Origin: an uncultured Candidatus Binatia bacterium
GTDB taxonomy: Bacteria > Desulfobacterota > Binatia > UBA9968 > JAJDTQ01
Direction: 5' to 3'
Length of the DNA: 64,000 bases
NCBI GenBank assembly: GCA_965242525.1
Contig: OZ251459.1
Span: 416,001 to 480,000 of the forward strand
In this document: in pieces, positions 9,429 to 19,736 of the stretch
How positions within the stretch are numbered: position 1 is the first letter of the stretch
How the letters are laid out: every line of letters starts with the position of its first letter
Notes under the pieces: generated by a model
The model's database searches: none
Told to the model about the DNA's origin: nothing
What the model saw: the letters and a program-made list of their open reading frames with translations, nothing else
Position numbers and translations under genes: made by a program

Positions 9429-10157
9429 ATGAGGATCAGACTTTCAGCACCGCGGGGCGAATACGCTCTGTTTCACTTTCTGGACAGCCTGCACGCTTCG
9501 CTGGTCAATGCCTGGACATCCTGCGGCGCCCGCACGGTGGACGTTATCGGGCGTGAGGCTGGCAACTGGTCCTTCGGCGCCGTAGGTAAGGCGACGGCCA
9601 AGGGTTTTCTTCTGAAGTCTGTGGTTGTGGGAGCCGAGGGGGACCCACTTGAGTCCATTTTACCCCAGATGGTCCCCGATATGGTACGAAAGTCGTCAAC
9701 CAACGGCGATGTGGTGGACCTGTCTGCATGGGACCGCGTTGTCGATGAGCTTCCCGTAGTCTGCAGGCCAAGGGAGAACGCCGTGCTTCCGGCCATCATG
9801 CTCTCGCCACTGGCCGTGTCCGTAAGTGGCCGAAAGGGACGCTGGCACGACGACCTGAGCAAAGCGGGGACGGATCTGGAGGAGGCGGTCAACTTCCGCC
9901 TGTCACGTCTGACTAGCCGGCATGTGCGCCTGACGATCGAGCCTGACCGGTTGTACCTCCGAGCCAATCCAAAGCACTCGACTTTGGTCCGCACGCGGGC
10001 GGTCCGAGGAGCCAAGCCAGCGTTCGTGATCGGCATGCTGTGCCCGCTGCTCATCAGCGGCCGGCTCGAAGACGTGCGTTCGGCCTGGGCGCTCGGGATC
10101 GGAGAGAAGAACCGCTACGGTTTCGGCTGCATAGGACATGCCGGAGGAGCCGTATGA
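9429..10157 (+). CDS. cas6: CRISPR-associated endoribonuclease Cas6
   Basis: C-terminal G-rich loop GIGEKNRYGFG; first gene of the cas operon; GGAG upstream of ATG 9429. Confidence 0.85.
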   Translation: MRIRLSAPRGEYALFHFLDSLHASLVNAWTSCGARTVDVIGREAGNWSFGAVGKATAKGFLLKSVVVGAEGDPLESILPQMVPDMVRKSSTNGDVVDLSAWDRVVDELPVVCRPRENAVLPAIMLSPLAVSVSGRKGRWHDDLSKAGTDLEEAVNFRLSRLTSRHVRLTIEPDRLYLRANPKHSTLVRTRAVRGAKPAFVIGMLCPLLISGRLEDVRSAWALGIGEKNRYGFGCIGHAGGAV

Positions 10158-13090
10158 GCATCCGGCCCCAGGACTTCGCCCACAAAACGGCCGTCGAAGT
10201 GTACGGCGCGTTTCTCGACGAGTGCGTCGTCGCATGCGTCGGAAGGGACCGGGTAGGTCAGCTAGGCAAGTCCTCAACCGGCAAGATCGACGGCCGTCCG
10301 GTGCGTTTGGTTACGATCAGCGGCAAGGGGGGATGGACTGACGATCCGATCTTGGCAGAGCGCTGGGAGAAGAACGACAACATCAGTTTGTTGGACCATC
10401 TGCTGTCCGTGGCTCGTGGCGCGCTCATGTTCTGGTTGGCCGATGCTCCTCGTCCGTGGTCGAACGAGGCCGATCTCGCCGAGATGCATCGAACCGCACA
10501 CGCCGTAGTGTGCATCGCCTTCCTTCATGATATCGACAAGGACTTGGAATTGCGGCGTGGGACGGAGATCACCGTTGCCCATGTGGCTGAACGTATGCGC
10601 CGCTACGGGATCGACGAGTTTCTGACGAAACGGGGAATCCGTATCTCCCAGGACGCGATGCTCAACTATATCGAGGAGGTCGAAGGTACACAGGCTGCCA
10701 GAAGTCCTGCCGCGCCGGACTACAACTCGCGAATTGCCGCTACATGCCGCTACATCGAGTTGGCCGACAAGCTGGAGGGAAAGTTTACCAGCCGGGAGCC
10801 GGGCGCGGGCGTTGACGGAGTGATCGCTTCGCTAGGCGATGCCAATCGCTGGCCTGTGCTGAGGGACCCATCGCTGAAACAGTGGGACAAGGTGGAGATC
10901 CACGACCACTTGCACGTCTTCCTGCTGGATCGCTTCCAGCGTGCGCTGTCCACTACCTGCAAGGCCCTCACCGGCCGGCTACCCCTCATTGAAACAGTGC
11001 ATGACGGAAGGCTGTTGTGCGTGGTCCCGCGGGAGCAGGCCGGCAGCATCAAGGCGCAAGCTCTCGACGACTTCCTCGGCGATCTTCCGTACGGCCTCGA
11101 TTTCTCGGTCAACAACCGCTTGGCCTGCGGGTTCGTTGGCGGCAGGGCATCGTGGGACGAGTGCCGTGCCGTGATGCAACGTACGGGCAATTGGCAGAAG
11201 TTCATGAACCTGCTGGCCCTCCCAAGATCCTATGCACAGGCACATACCCGAGACATAGATGATCTGTTCTCCCGGGCCGGGATGGAGACGTCGTGGAGTC
11301 CGCTTGACGACGGCTCCAGCGCCACGGTGAAGCCTGCGCTCGATCATCCTGGAGGTGACTCCCGTGATCTGGACATGGACCCGGCGCATGCCCTTGTGTT
11401 CCTTACGATGGCGCTCAACCACGCGGACGCCAAAGGCAGGTCGGCTGCACCGGAGGCCGGCGTGCGAGAGCAGGAACTCCTGCATCTGCTGAAGGACCAG
11501 GGAATGGAGCCGCCATCGGTCGTCACCCAAGCACCCGTTGGTGACGGTCGCGCGCGTCGCGTCCTGACAGCGCTGTGGACTATCGCTGAAGTGTGGCGGC
11601 TGGCCGAGGAAGATCCAGGCGGGGCCCAGGAACTCATCGGTCGTATCGTTGGCCGCTCAGGTCTGGTTGGACTCTGGCTGGATGGCAACGCCAACCGTAC
11701 TGGTATCGCAAACCAGATCCAAGATGTGTCCAGCGACATCCTCAACGCTCTGCGCCTGCGTTTTTCAGCCTATCTTACCGAAGGTGCGACAAACCCGTTC
11801 GATGGCGATGCGGCTGTCAAGCGTTGTATTCTGTGTAATGAGCCTGTCAGTGCTTTGCGCAACGTCAGCACCGCGTCGCGAGCGCACGGCGTCAAGGTAA
11901 CGGCATTCTCCGGCCGGGATAGGCGCAACGACCATCTGGCGTCACCGTCCGGTGACACGCACTTGTGTCCGGTCTGCCTGGCTGAATTGCAGTTGCGTAA
12001 GCACGTGCAGGAAGAATTCAAGGGTGGAGGCGACCTGCCTCCGCTCATTTCCTCACCAGGCATCAGCGGGCTCTTCGGTGGCCTTGCGTTTCAGCAGGAA
12101 GACCAAGAGGTGGCCATGGGACTGAACGACCTCAAACGTCTGGACCTCAAAAAAGGAGCCGTATATGAAGGGCTCGACTGTCACACGAAGCGTATCCGCA
12201 TAGCGCGGCTTGAGGCCCTGCCGAACAAGGACGCCAAACTGGTCGCGCAGCTTTGCATGATTCTCAATGCGGTTCGGCGCCTGGGCCGTCCGATCCACGT
12301 CTTCCGTGGCTCGCCGCGCCGGCATCCGGCGATATTTCACTCCGACGCGCTGCCGATTTGGTTGGAGCATCTGCTCGACGGAGATTCTCTGCGTATCGAG
12401 CAGATCCCTGATGCCTTGTCCAGGCTGGAGATATTCGAGGGTTTGGCAGAGATGCCCGGTCTGGGAATCGAGTGGGCCAAACAGTTTGCCGATCCCGACC
12501 CGGTGGTCAGGCTCGGTGCGATCTGTGTTGCCTGGACGCTGGCGATAGATCGGCGAGGAGTTGGAGACCGGAAACATGACTGGCCGGATATCGAAGCCAG
12601 AACTCGCGAGCACGCGCTCGCGCTCATCAAAATCATCGGAGGTGAATCAGTGAACTTGAAGGACAGTCGAGATCCCCTGATTCGGCTTGCATGGCTCGCA
12701 AGCCGAATCCAGAAACGTCGCAGCACGCGCGATTCGACCAACAAACAACTCCTGTGTTGGAAGACTGCGCTCGACTTCTTTCCCGGTGCTGAACAGTCGG
12801 TGACCAAGGACGGCAACGCCTTGATCCTGGGACTGGCGGCGACGCTTGAGGAAGAGCTCACGCGCAAGAAGGACGCTGCTGCGAAGAAGCATCGTAACGA
12901 TCTGGCTCTGGGTGACGCATGCGTCGAGTTCGCACGCCATTTTGCGAACGAAGTCTGGATAAATGTTTTCAAATCCAGGGAGCCTGCGTCGCAGGTGCGG
13001 CGGCGAGCGGCTGCGATTTATCGCTTCGCTTTGTTGGAGACCTATCGCGAGCGAGGCATTCCTGAAGCGACAGACGACAACACCGATTAA
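10154..13090 (+). CDS. cas10d: Type I-D large subunit Cas10d/Csc3 with HD nuclease domain
   Basis: 978 aa from ATG 10154 (GGAGG; ATGA overlap with cas6); LLDHLLS...AFLHDIDK HD motifs; Zn finger CILC...CPVC; lies between cas6 and cas7. Confidence 0.75.
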   Translation: MSIRPQDFAHKTAVEVYGAFLDECVVACVGRDRVGQLGKSSTGKIDGRPVRLVTISGKGGWTDDPILAERWEKNDNISLLDHLLSVARGALMFWLADAPRPWSNEADLAEMHRTAHAVVCIAFLHDIDKDLELRRGTEITVAHVAERMRRYGIDEFLTKRGIRISQDAMLNYIEEVEGTQAARSPAAPDYNSRIAATCRYIELADKLEGKFTSREPGAGVDGVIASLGDANRWPVLRDPSLKQWDKVEIHDHLHVFLLDRFQRALSTTCKALTGRLPLIETVHDGRLLCVVPREQAGSIKAQALDDFLGDLPYGLDFSVNNRLACGFVGGRASWDECRAVMQRTGNWQKFMNLLALPRSYAQAHTRDIDDLFSRAGMETSWSPLDDGSSATVKPALDHPGGDSRDLDMDPAHALVFLTMALNHADAKGRSAAPEAGVREQELLHLLKDQGMEPPSVVTQAPVGDGRARRVLTALWTIAEVWRLAEEDPGGAQELIGRIVGRSGLVGLWLDGNANRTGIANQIQDVSSDILNALRLRFSAYLTEGATNPFDGDAAVKRCILCNEPVSALRNVSTASRAHGVKVTAFSGRDRRNDHLASPSGDTHLCPVCLAELQLRKHVQEEFKGGGDLPPLISSPGISGLFGGLAFQQEDQEVAMGLNDLKRLDLKKGAVYEGLDCHTKRIRIARLEALPNKDAKLVAQLCMILNAVRRLGRPIHVFRGSPRRHPAIFHSDALPIWLEHLLDGDSLRIEQIPDALSRLEIFEGLAEMPGLGIEWAKQFADPDPVVRLGAICVAWTLAIDRRGVGDRKHDWPDIEARTREHALALIKIIGGESVNLKDSRDPLIRLAWLASRIQKRRSTRDSTNKQLLCWKTALDFFPGAEQSVTKDGNALILGLAATLEEELTRKKDAAAKKHRNDLALGDACVEFARHFANEVWINVFKSREPASQVRRRAAAIYRFALLETYRERGIPEATDDNTD
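12650..13090 (+). CDS. cas11d: Probable internally translated small subunit Cas11d
   Basis: GGAGGTGA at 12638-12645 followed by in-frame GTG at 12650; 146-aa helical C-terminal product. Confidence 0.6.
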   Translation: MNLKDSRDPLIRLAWLASRIQKRRSTRDSTNKQLLCWKTALDFFPGAEQSVTKDGNALILGLAATLEEELTRKKDAAAKKHRNDLALGDACVEFARHFANEVWINVFKSREPASQVRRRAAAIYRFALLETYRERGIPEATDDNTD

Positions 13091-13132
13091 CGACAATTCC
13101 TGACCGGCCGTCAGAAAGACAAGGAGGGGATA

Positions 13133-14137
13133 ATGATCGATAAGTTTATTCCATACCTCAACGAGGGAGACCTCGTTGAGGAAGTGGTCGCGGCGAACGG
13201 AAAAGATACTTACGTTATGCCGACTCGCCGCAACGCGGGACACGTCGCTCTCGCGCTGGTCCGCGAGATCACGGCGCCGACGGTTTTCCGTAACGCAGAG
13301 GAGGAAATCACGGACATCGAAGACCGTGACGGAGTGCGCCGGGTACGGGCGACTTCGAACAAGTTCAAGTTTGGCGAACGTGGCCGTGGCCTGCTGGTGC
13401 TCCGCGCCTGGAACGTTGGCGGCCGGTTGCCGCAGAACCGCACCGCGGTCGGCGACCGCATTTCGGTTCGTGACGCACTTGATCTGAACACCTTGGTATT
13501 CGGCGATTCAGCGATGTGGGGAACTCGCGTGCTTTCGGTGAAAGCCGCGGTGCAGTACTCCGACGCACTGAGCACAGTGCCGTACCGCGATGCCGTGGGC
13601 GAGAGCTTCCACCACCGCGGCGACGAAACTGGAACACTCTGGGATGCAGAGAACAAGAAGAACACAGAGAACCTGTTCACCCGCCACTTCGTGCTTCCCG
13701 GCACTCTCTTGTTGCAGGTTCTGACGAGCAACGGCCGCCAGCTTCCGCCTATTGGCCTCGATCACCTGTTGTTGAGCCTCGGCGTCGCCGGTTCCTATGG
13801 TGGACAGACCTCGGTCACCGGTGTTAACGTGCGCACCCATATCGCCGGCATCTTTGCCGCTCGTCTGGAAGTGCCGATATCTTCCCCTTACGAGTTGCTG
13901 CGACAATTGCCTGCTGATACTGATATGACGTCGGTAGGTGACTTGGCAGCGGCCGTCAGGCAGGTGATGTCGAGACAGTACCAGACCCACGCCGATACCG
14001 ATGAAGCGTGCGAATACCAGCGGCAACTCGTCGAAGCATTCGAGCGGGACGATCCGGATCTGAGAGGCCGATACCAGCATGCCTCTCCACGGATTGCCGA
14101 TCTGTTCGAGCAGCATTTCACACCGAAGAAGGCGTGA
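13133..14137 (+). CDS. cas7: Type I-D backbone subunit Cas7/Csc2
   Basis: 334 aa; LVFGDSA, KAAVQYSDALS, HFVLPGT, SYGGQTSVTG; AAGGAGG Shine-Dalgarno; operon position. Confidence 0.8.
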   Translation: MIDKFIPYLNEGDLVEEVVAANGKDTYVMPTRRNAGHVALALVREITAPTVFRNAEEEITDIEDRDGVRRVRATSNKFKFGERGRGLLVLRAWNVGGRLPQNRTAVGDRISVRDALDLNTLVFGDSAMWGTRVLSVKAAVQYSDALSTVPYRDAVGESFHHRGDETGTLWDAENKKNTENLFTRHFVLPGTLLLQVLTSNGRQLPPIGLDHLLLSLGVAGSYGGQTSVTGVNVRTHIAGIFAARLEVPISSPYELLRQLPADTDMTSVGDLAAAVRQVMSRQYQTHADTDEACEYQRQLVEAFERDDPDLRGRYQHASPRIADLFEQHFTPKKA

Positions 14138-14140
14138 CCG

Positions 14141-14800
14141 GTGGCCGAAGCCGTCTTCCCGTTCCAATTGACTGCGCTCACGCCGTGGGCATGGCATGGA
14201 CTCGCCGTTCCTTCGGGAACCGCAACACTCAACGATGTCGTGACCGATACGGCAGTGGCGTTCGGGACTGCATCGGCGCTTGGTATGATGCCGCGCTCGC
14301 CGTGTCTGCCATCGGCACCCGATTACCGTAACCACTTAGCCGCTTTGCCGTTCAAGACAACGCTGTTCCTCGGTCATGACAATCGACTGAATCGCCCGTT
14401 GGCCCGTCGCCTCAACCTGGATGCCGAGTGTGGCATGCCGAAGAGTGTGGAAGACGCACGGAAGAGAGGCAATATCAAGGACTACTACCATATCCAGGAA
14501 GTCAGTGTAGGCTCGGTCTTCCACGGCTCCTTCTTGCACGAAAACCCTCTGCGTGTTGCACATGATGCGTATGGAGAACCGATAGAAGCCTTGGTCATCA
14601 GGCTTGGAATTGGAAGAAACGGGGTTGGCATACTTGAACCTTGTGCGGACGGCTACGACATCTGTCTCAACTTGCATACCGCGCGGTTGTTCGATCCGGA
14701 TACCGACTTGCAGGCCGGGCCGTACCGTCTGCACACCATTCAACCCAGCCGGCCTGTCGAGCCAGACGTGGCGTTGAGCCTCACGGCTCGCTGGACATGA
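14141..14800 (+). CDS. cas5: Type I-D Cas5/Csc1 (RAMP)
   Basis: 219 aa; DTAVAFG near the N-terminus, G-rich IRLGIGRNGVG; lies between cas7 and cas3. Confidence 0.7.
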   Translation: MAEAVFPFQLTALTPWAWHGLAVPSGTATLNDVVTDTAVAFGTASALGMMPRSPCLPSAPDYRNHLAALPFKTTLFLGHDNRLNRPLARRLNLDAECGMPKSVEDARKRGNIKDYYHIQEVSVGSVFHGSFLHENPLRVAHDAYGEPIEALVIRLGIGRNGVGILEPCADGYDICLNLHTARLFDPDTDLQAGPYRLHTIQPSRPVEPDVALSLTARWT

Positions 14801-16854
14801 TCATCAGAGCACACTCGATCCCGATGCTGCCCGCAGCCGGCCTGTCGCCGATGCAGGAGCGTCTGCTGCGTTCCGAGAAACCCGTACGGCTCGTGTCGGC
14901 GCCGACCGGCTCGGGCAAGTCCTACGCGTTCATGCGGGCAGTGCTCGACGAGGATGCGCGGGTGCTGTTCATCGTTCCAACCAAACGACTGCTGCAGAAC
15001 CTGATCAAGGGGGCTCGCGAGCAGGCAGGGGAGCGTCTTCGCAGGCGCGGTCTGGACGACACGCAGGTTCGCGACTGGATCGACGAACGGATTATCGAAT
15101 GGTCAGGGAACCAAGCCAGGGATGGACACGTGAACCTGTCGGGAACCAGGGTTCGGCAGTTCCTTGACGGCGGCGCGCATTCGGACGGCCAGGTTATCTT
15201 CGCCATACCCGAAGTGGTGGTGACGATGATATCCGGCATACGTCTCATGGGGGCTAGCGCTGTCAATCCCTTTCTTTACGTGCGCCGCTTCGACCACCTG
15301 GTCTTCGACGAATTCCACACCATCGACGATCGATCCTTCGGCTTAGCCTGCCTGTTCTCGCGCTTGGCGGTCATGGAACGGAGGGGAAAGGTGTCCCTTC
15401 TCTCCGCCACCCCGATTGATGTCACAAGGATACTCGAACGAACCGGAGTAGGACAGGAAAACACGGAGATGGTAGCTGAGCAGATTGTCGATGGACATGC
15501 ACCGGACCATCGACCTGTCCATGGCAACGTCGAGATTGAAGTACAGGACCGCTCTATCGTCGAATCCATCGAACTCAACCGCGACGCCGTACGTTCGTCG
15601 ATTACTCACGGGTTTACGGTCATCGTGATCTATGACCGGCTGAACCAACTCAAGCGGGAGGAAGATACAGTCCGTAGCACTCTGATAGATGCAGGCGTCT
15701 CCGACGACAAGATACTGACGATCAACTCCATCGACGACTCGAGAAGAAGGCCAGGGGAAACACGCCGCGGGCGAAAGTATGAGGATCCTGGCGAATATAA
15801 CGCATTGCTGTGCACCTCATCGGTTGAAGTCGGCGTCACCTTCCGCAGTACGCTCATGTTCACGGAACCCGGACACGGACTTGCCAGCTTCGTACAGCGC
15901 GTCGGCCGCGTCTCGCGTGGCGCCGACGCTGGCCGGGTGGTGGTGGTGTCGTTGTCGCGTCAGCGCCGCAATCGCGATTCCTGGGTCCGGCGGATCGGCG
16001 ATGTGGTCGAATCCCGCACGGAAGTGGACGTGCAGACGTTCGTTGATGAGATTCTGCGCGACGACCGGCGTCGTCTGGAGCCGACGCGAAAGGAAACGGA
16101 AGCGGATGTCGCTATGGTTGGCACCGACGTGCCCTTCTATCGTCGCGCTTCATGGCGCGGAGCATTCTGGGCAGCCTTGTTCGTCATTGCCGTACGGAGT
16201 ACGAAAATGGATGTACAGAAGGCAGCGCGTGACCGACTTCGAGGAATCTCTTCGGGCGTTATCAAATTCGTGGAGGCGAAGATCGATGAAATACGGTCAG
16301 TACACACCATAAATGACAACCTGCGGAACCATTCCCAGCCTCATAGACAATGGGTGAATGCATTGTTCACAAGTGCGCTGACTTACCGCGACATCGGCGC
16401 TACAGTCGTAGTCGCGGATCCTGACGGTACACGGTGCACGGTATCAGAGTCTTTTTTACGACGAGAGACGGACATCCTCAGCCGTTACATCGCGATCTGT
16501 GAGGATGGAGAACAGGTCGTCTATCTCAAGTCGCATACTTTGGACGACGAGATCAAGAGGAATCCCGAAGGACGAGAGGTTCAGCGGATGATGCTTTACG
16601 TGCCGTCACCTATCGGCGAAAGGGGTTTTTCCCTTCTGATTCGAGAACGTGATAAGGGTACCGAGCAACTCAACGTGCGTCTAATCGAAGAATGGCGGTA
16701 TCGCTTCTGTCGCTTCATCCCAGGACCGGAAGAAAAGGTGAACGATCCGCAGAAGAAGGTGATGGGAGCAGCCACTGCCCTGGTCGAGAAGCTCGGCCGT
16801 CCGCCTTTGGACGAGGATTATGAGGATTCTGGAAAAAGCGCGTTGTTTGCGTGA
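14797..16854 (+). CDS. cas3: Cas3' helicase (no HD domain)
   Basis: APTGSGKS, VFDEFH, LLSATP, TSSVEVGVTF, QRVGRVSR SF2 motifs; ATGA overlap with cas5. Confidence 0.9.
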   Translation: MIIRAHSIPMLPAAGLSPMQERLLRSEKPVRLVSAPTGSGKSYAFMRAVLDEDARVLFIVPTKRLLQNLIKGAREQAGERLRRRGLDDTQVRDWIDERIIEWSGNQARDGHVNLSGTRVRQFLDGGAHSDGQVIFAIPEVVVTMISGIRLMGASAVNPFLYVRRFDHLVFDEFHTIDDRSFGLACLFSRLAVMERRGKVSLLSATPIDVTRILERTGVGQENTEMVAEQIVDGHAPDHRPVHGNVEIEVQDRSIVESIELNRDAVRSSITHGFTVIVIYDRLNQLKREEDTVRSTLIDAGVSDDKILTINSIDDSRRRPGETRRGRKYEDPGEYNALLCTSSVEVGVTFRSTLMFTEPGHGLASFVQRVGRVSRGADAGRVVVVSLSRQRRNRDSWVRRIGDVVESRTEVDVQTFVDEILRDDRRRLEPTRKETEADVAMVGTDVPFYRRASWRGAFWAALFVIAVRSTKMDVQKAARDRLRGISSGVIKFVEAKIDEIRSVHTINDNLRNHSQPHRQWVNALFTSALTYRDIGATVVVADPDGTRCTVSESFLRRETDILSRYIAICEDGEQVVYLKSHTLDDEIKRNPEGREVQRMMLYVPSPIGERGFSLLIRERDKGTEQLNVRLIEEWRYRFCRFIPGPEEKVNDPQKKVMGAATALVEKLGRPPLDEDYEDSGKSALFA

Positions 16855-17185
16855 ACTGGCCGAGAAGTTCGGTTTGCATGGCCTCTATTTCCAGCACGTG
16901 GCTTTGTGTCGCCGTCGTGCTTGGCTTCACTTGATGGGCGCCACACATGCTGCGGGCAACCAGCGAGTTCGTCGAGGGCTGGCGCTCCATCAGACCGAGA
17001 AGCATCCGAGCGAGGTGCCCATGGGCCTTGGCATCGCACCGGACGCTATCGACTTCGAACGGCGGACCGTGATCGAGAAGAAGGGAAGCGCCGGTGCACC
17101 CGATGCGGTGTCGCGTCAAGCGTTGTTTTACGCCGCGTTTATGACGGCGGCTACGGGGGAGGTTTGGCGTGCGGAGGTTCAGATA

Positions 17186-18289
17186 TTAAGGTTCTCAGAA
17201 TAGAAACCATTACAAGTTCGTATAACAAGTAGTGGGAGCATGGAAGAAGCTCCGTATCAAAGCAGGCAGTTGTTGCATCCGACGCAGGTGAGACATGGTC
17301 ATGGCTCGCAAGGTTTCCCGGGATGTGATCCGCTTGCGCCCCAACGCCTGGTTCTTCAAGTTGTTCCACACCAGTTCGTCCGGGTTGAGTTCCGGCGAGT
17401 ACGGCGGCAGGTAATGCAACTCGAGCATCCCTTCCTGTTCCTCCACGAAACGCCGCACCGACTTGGCCCGATGGACCGGGTGGCCGTCCACAATCAGGAA
17501 AATGGGAGAGGTCGCATTCACCATCAGGCGTCTGAGAAACCCGATGAACACCGGCGCCGTCACTCGCCCCGGAGTCACCATGAAGCGAAGATGCCCACGG
17601 GCGCTGATGGCAGAGATGAGGTTCGCCCCGAACCGCGCCCCCGTGCCCGACACCACCGGAGTATGCCCCCGAAGCCCCCAGGTCGTGCCCCAATGACTGT
17701 CCGAACGAACCCCCGCCTCGTCTCCGAAGAAGATCTGCGCCCCCACACGCTTCGCCCGGTCATGCAGCTTCGGGTATTCCTCCTCCCGCCAATGACGGGC
17801 CGCCTCCGGATCCTGTTGATAGGCACGCCAAACAGGACGCTGCACGCTCAATCCCATCTGCCCCAGCAACCGGCACACCGTACTGTGACTCAGCCGCACA
17901 CCCCATCGCCTGTCGATCAGCTCCTGCACCATCTTCGCCGTCCACAGCGCAAACGGAAACCGCAACTGCAACGGGTTCTTCTCCACCACCGTGTCATAAA
18001 CCCATTTCAGCGCCCTCGCATCCAGCTTCGGAGGCCGCCCTCCTCGCTTGCGGGCGTCCAGCTTCCCCCATCCCCCGCTGCGGTACAACGCCAACCAACG
18101 GAACACCGTGCGCAGGTTCACTCCCATGGCCGCCGCCACTTCTGTCGGCTTCGACCCCGCTTGCAGGCTCGCAATCCCGCGCCGGCGCAATTCCGTCAAG
18201 GTCCGATGATCCAGTTTTCGTCCGTCCGTGTTCATACCCGTTATCATACTATACTTCTGGTTCTATGGCAACTAAAATCGGACCCTTAA
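17186..18289 (-). mobile_element. IS630-family insertion sequence
   Basis: Ends TTAAGG...CCTTAA with imperfect longer inverted repeat; TA duplicated at 17184-17185 and 18290-18291. Confidence 0.9.
17210..18247 (-). CDS. IS630-family transposase
   Basis: N-terminal HTHs; DDE motifs FFGDEAG, LIVDGHPVH, LPPYSPELNPDELVW; intact 345-aa ORF. Confidence 0.95.
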   Translation of the reverse strand: MITGMNTDGRKLDHRTLTELRRRGIASLQAGSKPTEVAAAMGVNLRTVFRWLALYRSGGWGKLDARKRGGRPPKLDARALKWVYDTVVEKNPLQLRFPFALWTAKMVQELIDRRWGVRLSHSTVCRLLGQMGLSVQRPVWRAYQQDPEAARHWREEEYPKLHDRAKRVGAQIFFGDEAGVRSDSHWGTTWGLRGHTPVVSGTGARFGANLISAISARGHLRFMVTPGRVTAPVFIGFLRRLMVNATSPIFLIVDGHPVHRAKSVRRFVEEQEGMLELHYLPPYSPELNPDELVWNNLKNQALGRKRITSRETLRAMTMSHLRRMQQLPALIRSFFHAPTTCYTNL

Positions 18290-18463
18290 TATATGGGTCG
18301 CGGAACCGGATCGAGCACAATCTGACGGAAGAGGTGCTTGATCGACTCGTGGAGGATGCCAGGGATAGTGCGAACTTGTTGGAGGGGTGTCCTCCGTCCG
18401 CTCATCGTATCCGCCTCTGCAACTCATGTAGTTGCCACCTTCTGTGCTGGGACGAGGAATGAA

Positions 18464-19432
18464 ATGGATGTTGTCATTATTCCGCGTGACGCACGGCTCA
18501 GTCGACACGAGAACGCGTTGGTCGTGACCTCCGACGCTGGGCGCAAGTCCATTCCGCTCAATGGCCTCAAGCACGTTCTGTGCATGGGCAACGGCTCCAT
18601 TTCCATTCGTCTGCTCAAGGACATGGGGCGACGAGGAATACGCTTCTCGGTACTCGATGCTGGAGGACGTTTCCTGGGCGCATTTGAGCCAGAGGAAGAG
18701 ACACCTTCCGGGAGGGTACGCATAGGACAGGCCAAATTGTTCCTGGACGAGGCGGAGCGTTTGCGTATTGCCAAGGCCATCGTAAGTGCACAGGCTCATT
18801 CAATGCGCGGTTTGTTGCAGCGCTACCGTCGCAACGGAACCTCCGGCTTGGAAGCCTCTCTGGACGGCATTGAGGATGCGATGGACGGCATAGAGAGGGC
18901 TGCCAGCCTGGACGAACTCATGGGTACCGAAGGACTGGTCCGAGCTTTCCTTCACGATGCTTTTGGGCGTATTACACAGGATGCCAGGCTGGAGCGGCGA
19001 GTCCGGCGGCCGCCCCCTGACCCGGTAAATTGTTTGATGTCCTTTTTCAACATGCTGCTCTATTCTGCATGTGCAAACGAATTGGCCAAGACTCACCTTG
19101 AACGAACTGTATCCTTTCTCCATTCACCCGGGACAGGAAGACGCTCCCTCTCGATCGACATGGCGGAAACGTTCAGGCCAGTTCTGTCCGATGCGCTTAT
19201 CTTGTCGGTTTTCCGACGTCGCCAAACAGACGATTCATGGTGGACCAGAGAGCCTGGCGTATGTCTGCTTAGCGAAAAAGGGAGAATGAAGGCTACGGAG
19301 CGCTTTTGGTCGCGCATCGAGGAACGCTACGGAAACGAGACGTTGCGTAAGGCCATTCACCGGCAATGTATGTCCTTGGAAAGGGATGCGCTTGGGATCG
19401 GACGATTCAAGCCGTTCATATGGCGAGGTTGA
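18464..19432 (+). CDS. cas1: CRISPR-associated integrase Cas1
   Basis: LMGTEG, RRPPPDPVNCLMSFFN, SFLH, SLSIDMAETFRP. Confidence 0.95.
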   Translation: MDVVIIPRDARLSRHENALVVTSDAGRKSIPLNGLKHVLCMGNGSISIRLLKDMGRRGIRFSVLDAGGRFLGAFEPEEETPSGRVRIGQAKLFLDEAERLRIAKAIVSAQAHSMRGLLQRYRRNGTSGLEASLDGIEDAMDGIERAASLDELMGTEGLVRAFLHDAFGRITQDARLERRVRRPPPDPVNCLMSFFNMLLYSACANELAKTHLERTVSFLHSPGTGRRSLSIDMAETFRPVLSDALILSVFRRRQTDDSWWTREPGVCLLSEKGRMKATERFWSRIEERYGNETLRKAIHRQCMSLERDALGIGRFKPFIWRG

Positions 19433-19436
19433 GGTT

Positions 19437-19736
19437 GTGTTCGTAATGGTCTGCTACGACGTCCCTGCGAAGAGGACGGATCTGTACAAGAAACTGCTCA
19501 AGGAATTTCTTGTCCACGAACAGGCTTCAGTTTTCATGGGTGATATTTCAGAGTCGGATGTCATCAGGATGGTGGCGAAGATCGCGAAGATGATCGGGCC
19601 GGAAGATCGGGTACTGAAGGTTGTCTGCAAGAATCGACACAACGCTGAGGTATCCAGACTCAGCAAGGAGGCTCTCGGTGGTCAGATGCGCCAGGAGGAG
19701 GATGGTTGGCATGGCAAGAACTGGTCGTTGATTTGA
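19437..19736 (+). CDS. cas2: CRISPR-associated Cas2
   Basis: VMVCYDV, HEQASVFMG; directly after cas1. Confidence 0.9.
   Translation: MFVMVCYDVPAKRTDLYKKLLKEFLVHEQASVFMGDISESDVIRMVAKIAKMIGPEDRVLKVVCKNRHNAEVSRLSKEALGGQMRQEEDGWHGKNWSLI

Larger units (their letters stand above)
16820..18462 (+). pseudogene. cas4: cas4 interrupted by IS630 (5' part 16820-17185, 3' part 18292-18462)
   Basis: 5' part has LCRRRAWL, PDAID, EKK; 3' part ends CNSCSCHLLC. Removing the IS and one TA rejoins the halves in frame (...EVQIYGSRNR...), giving 178 aa. Confidence 0.9.

Noticed and set aside
10154-13090. Type III Cas10 with cyclic oligoadenylate signalling
   Set aside because: No GGDD palm motif or Csm/Cmr set; a Cas3' helicase is present, which fits I-D.
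17186-18289. CRISPR-associated transposon
   Set aside because: The transposase is a plain IS630 that disrupts cas4; there is no TnsB, TnsC or TniQ.
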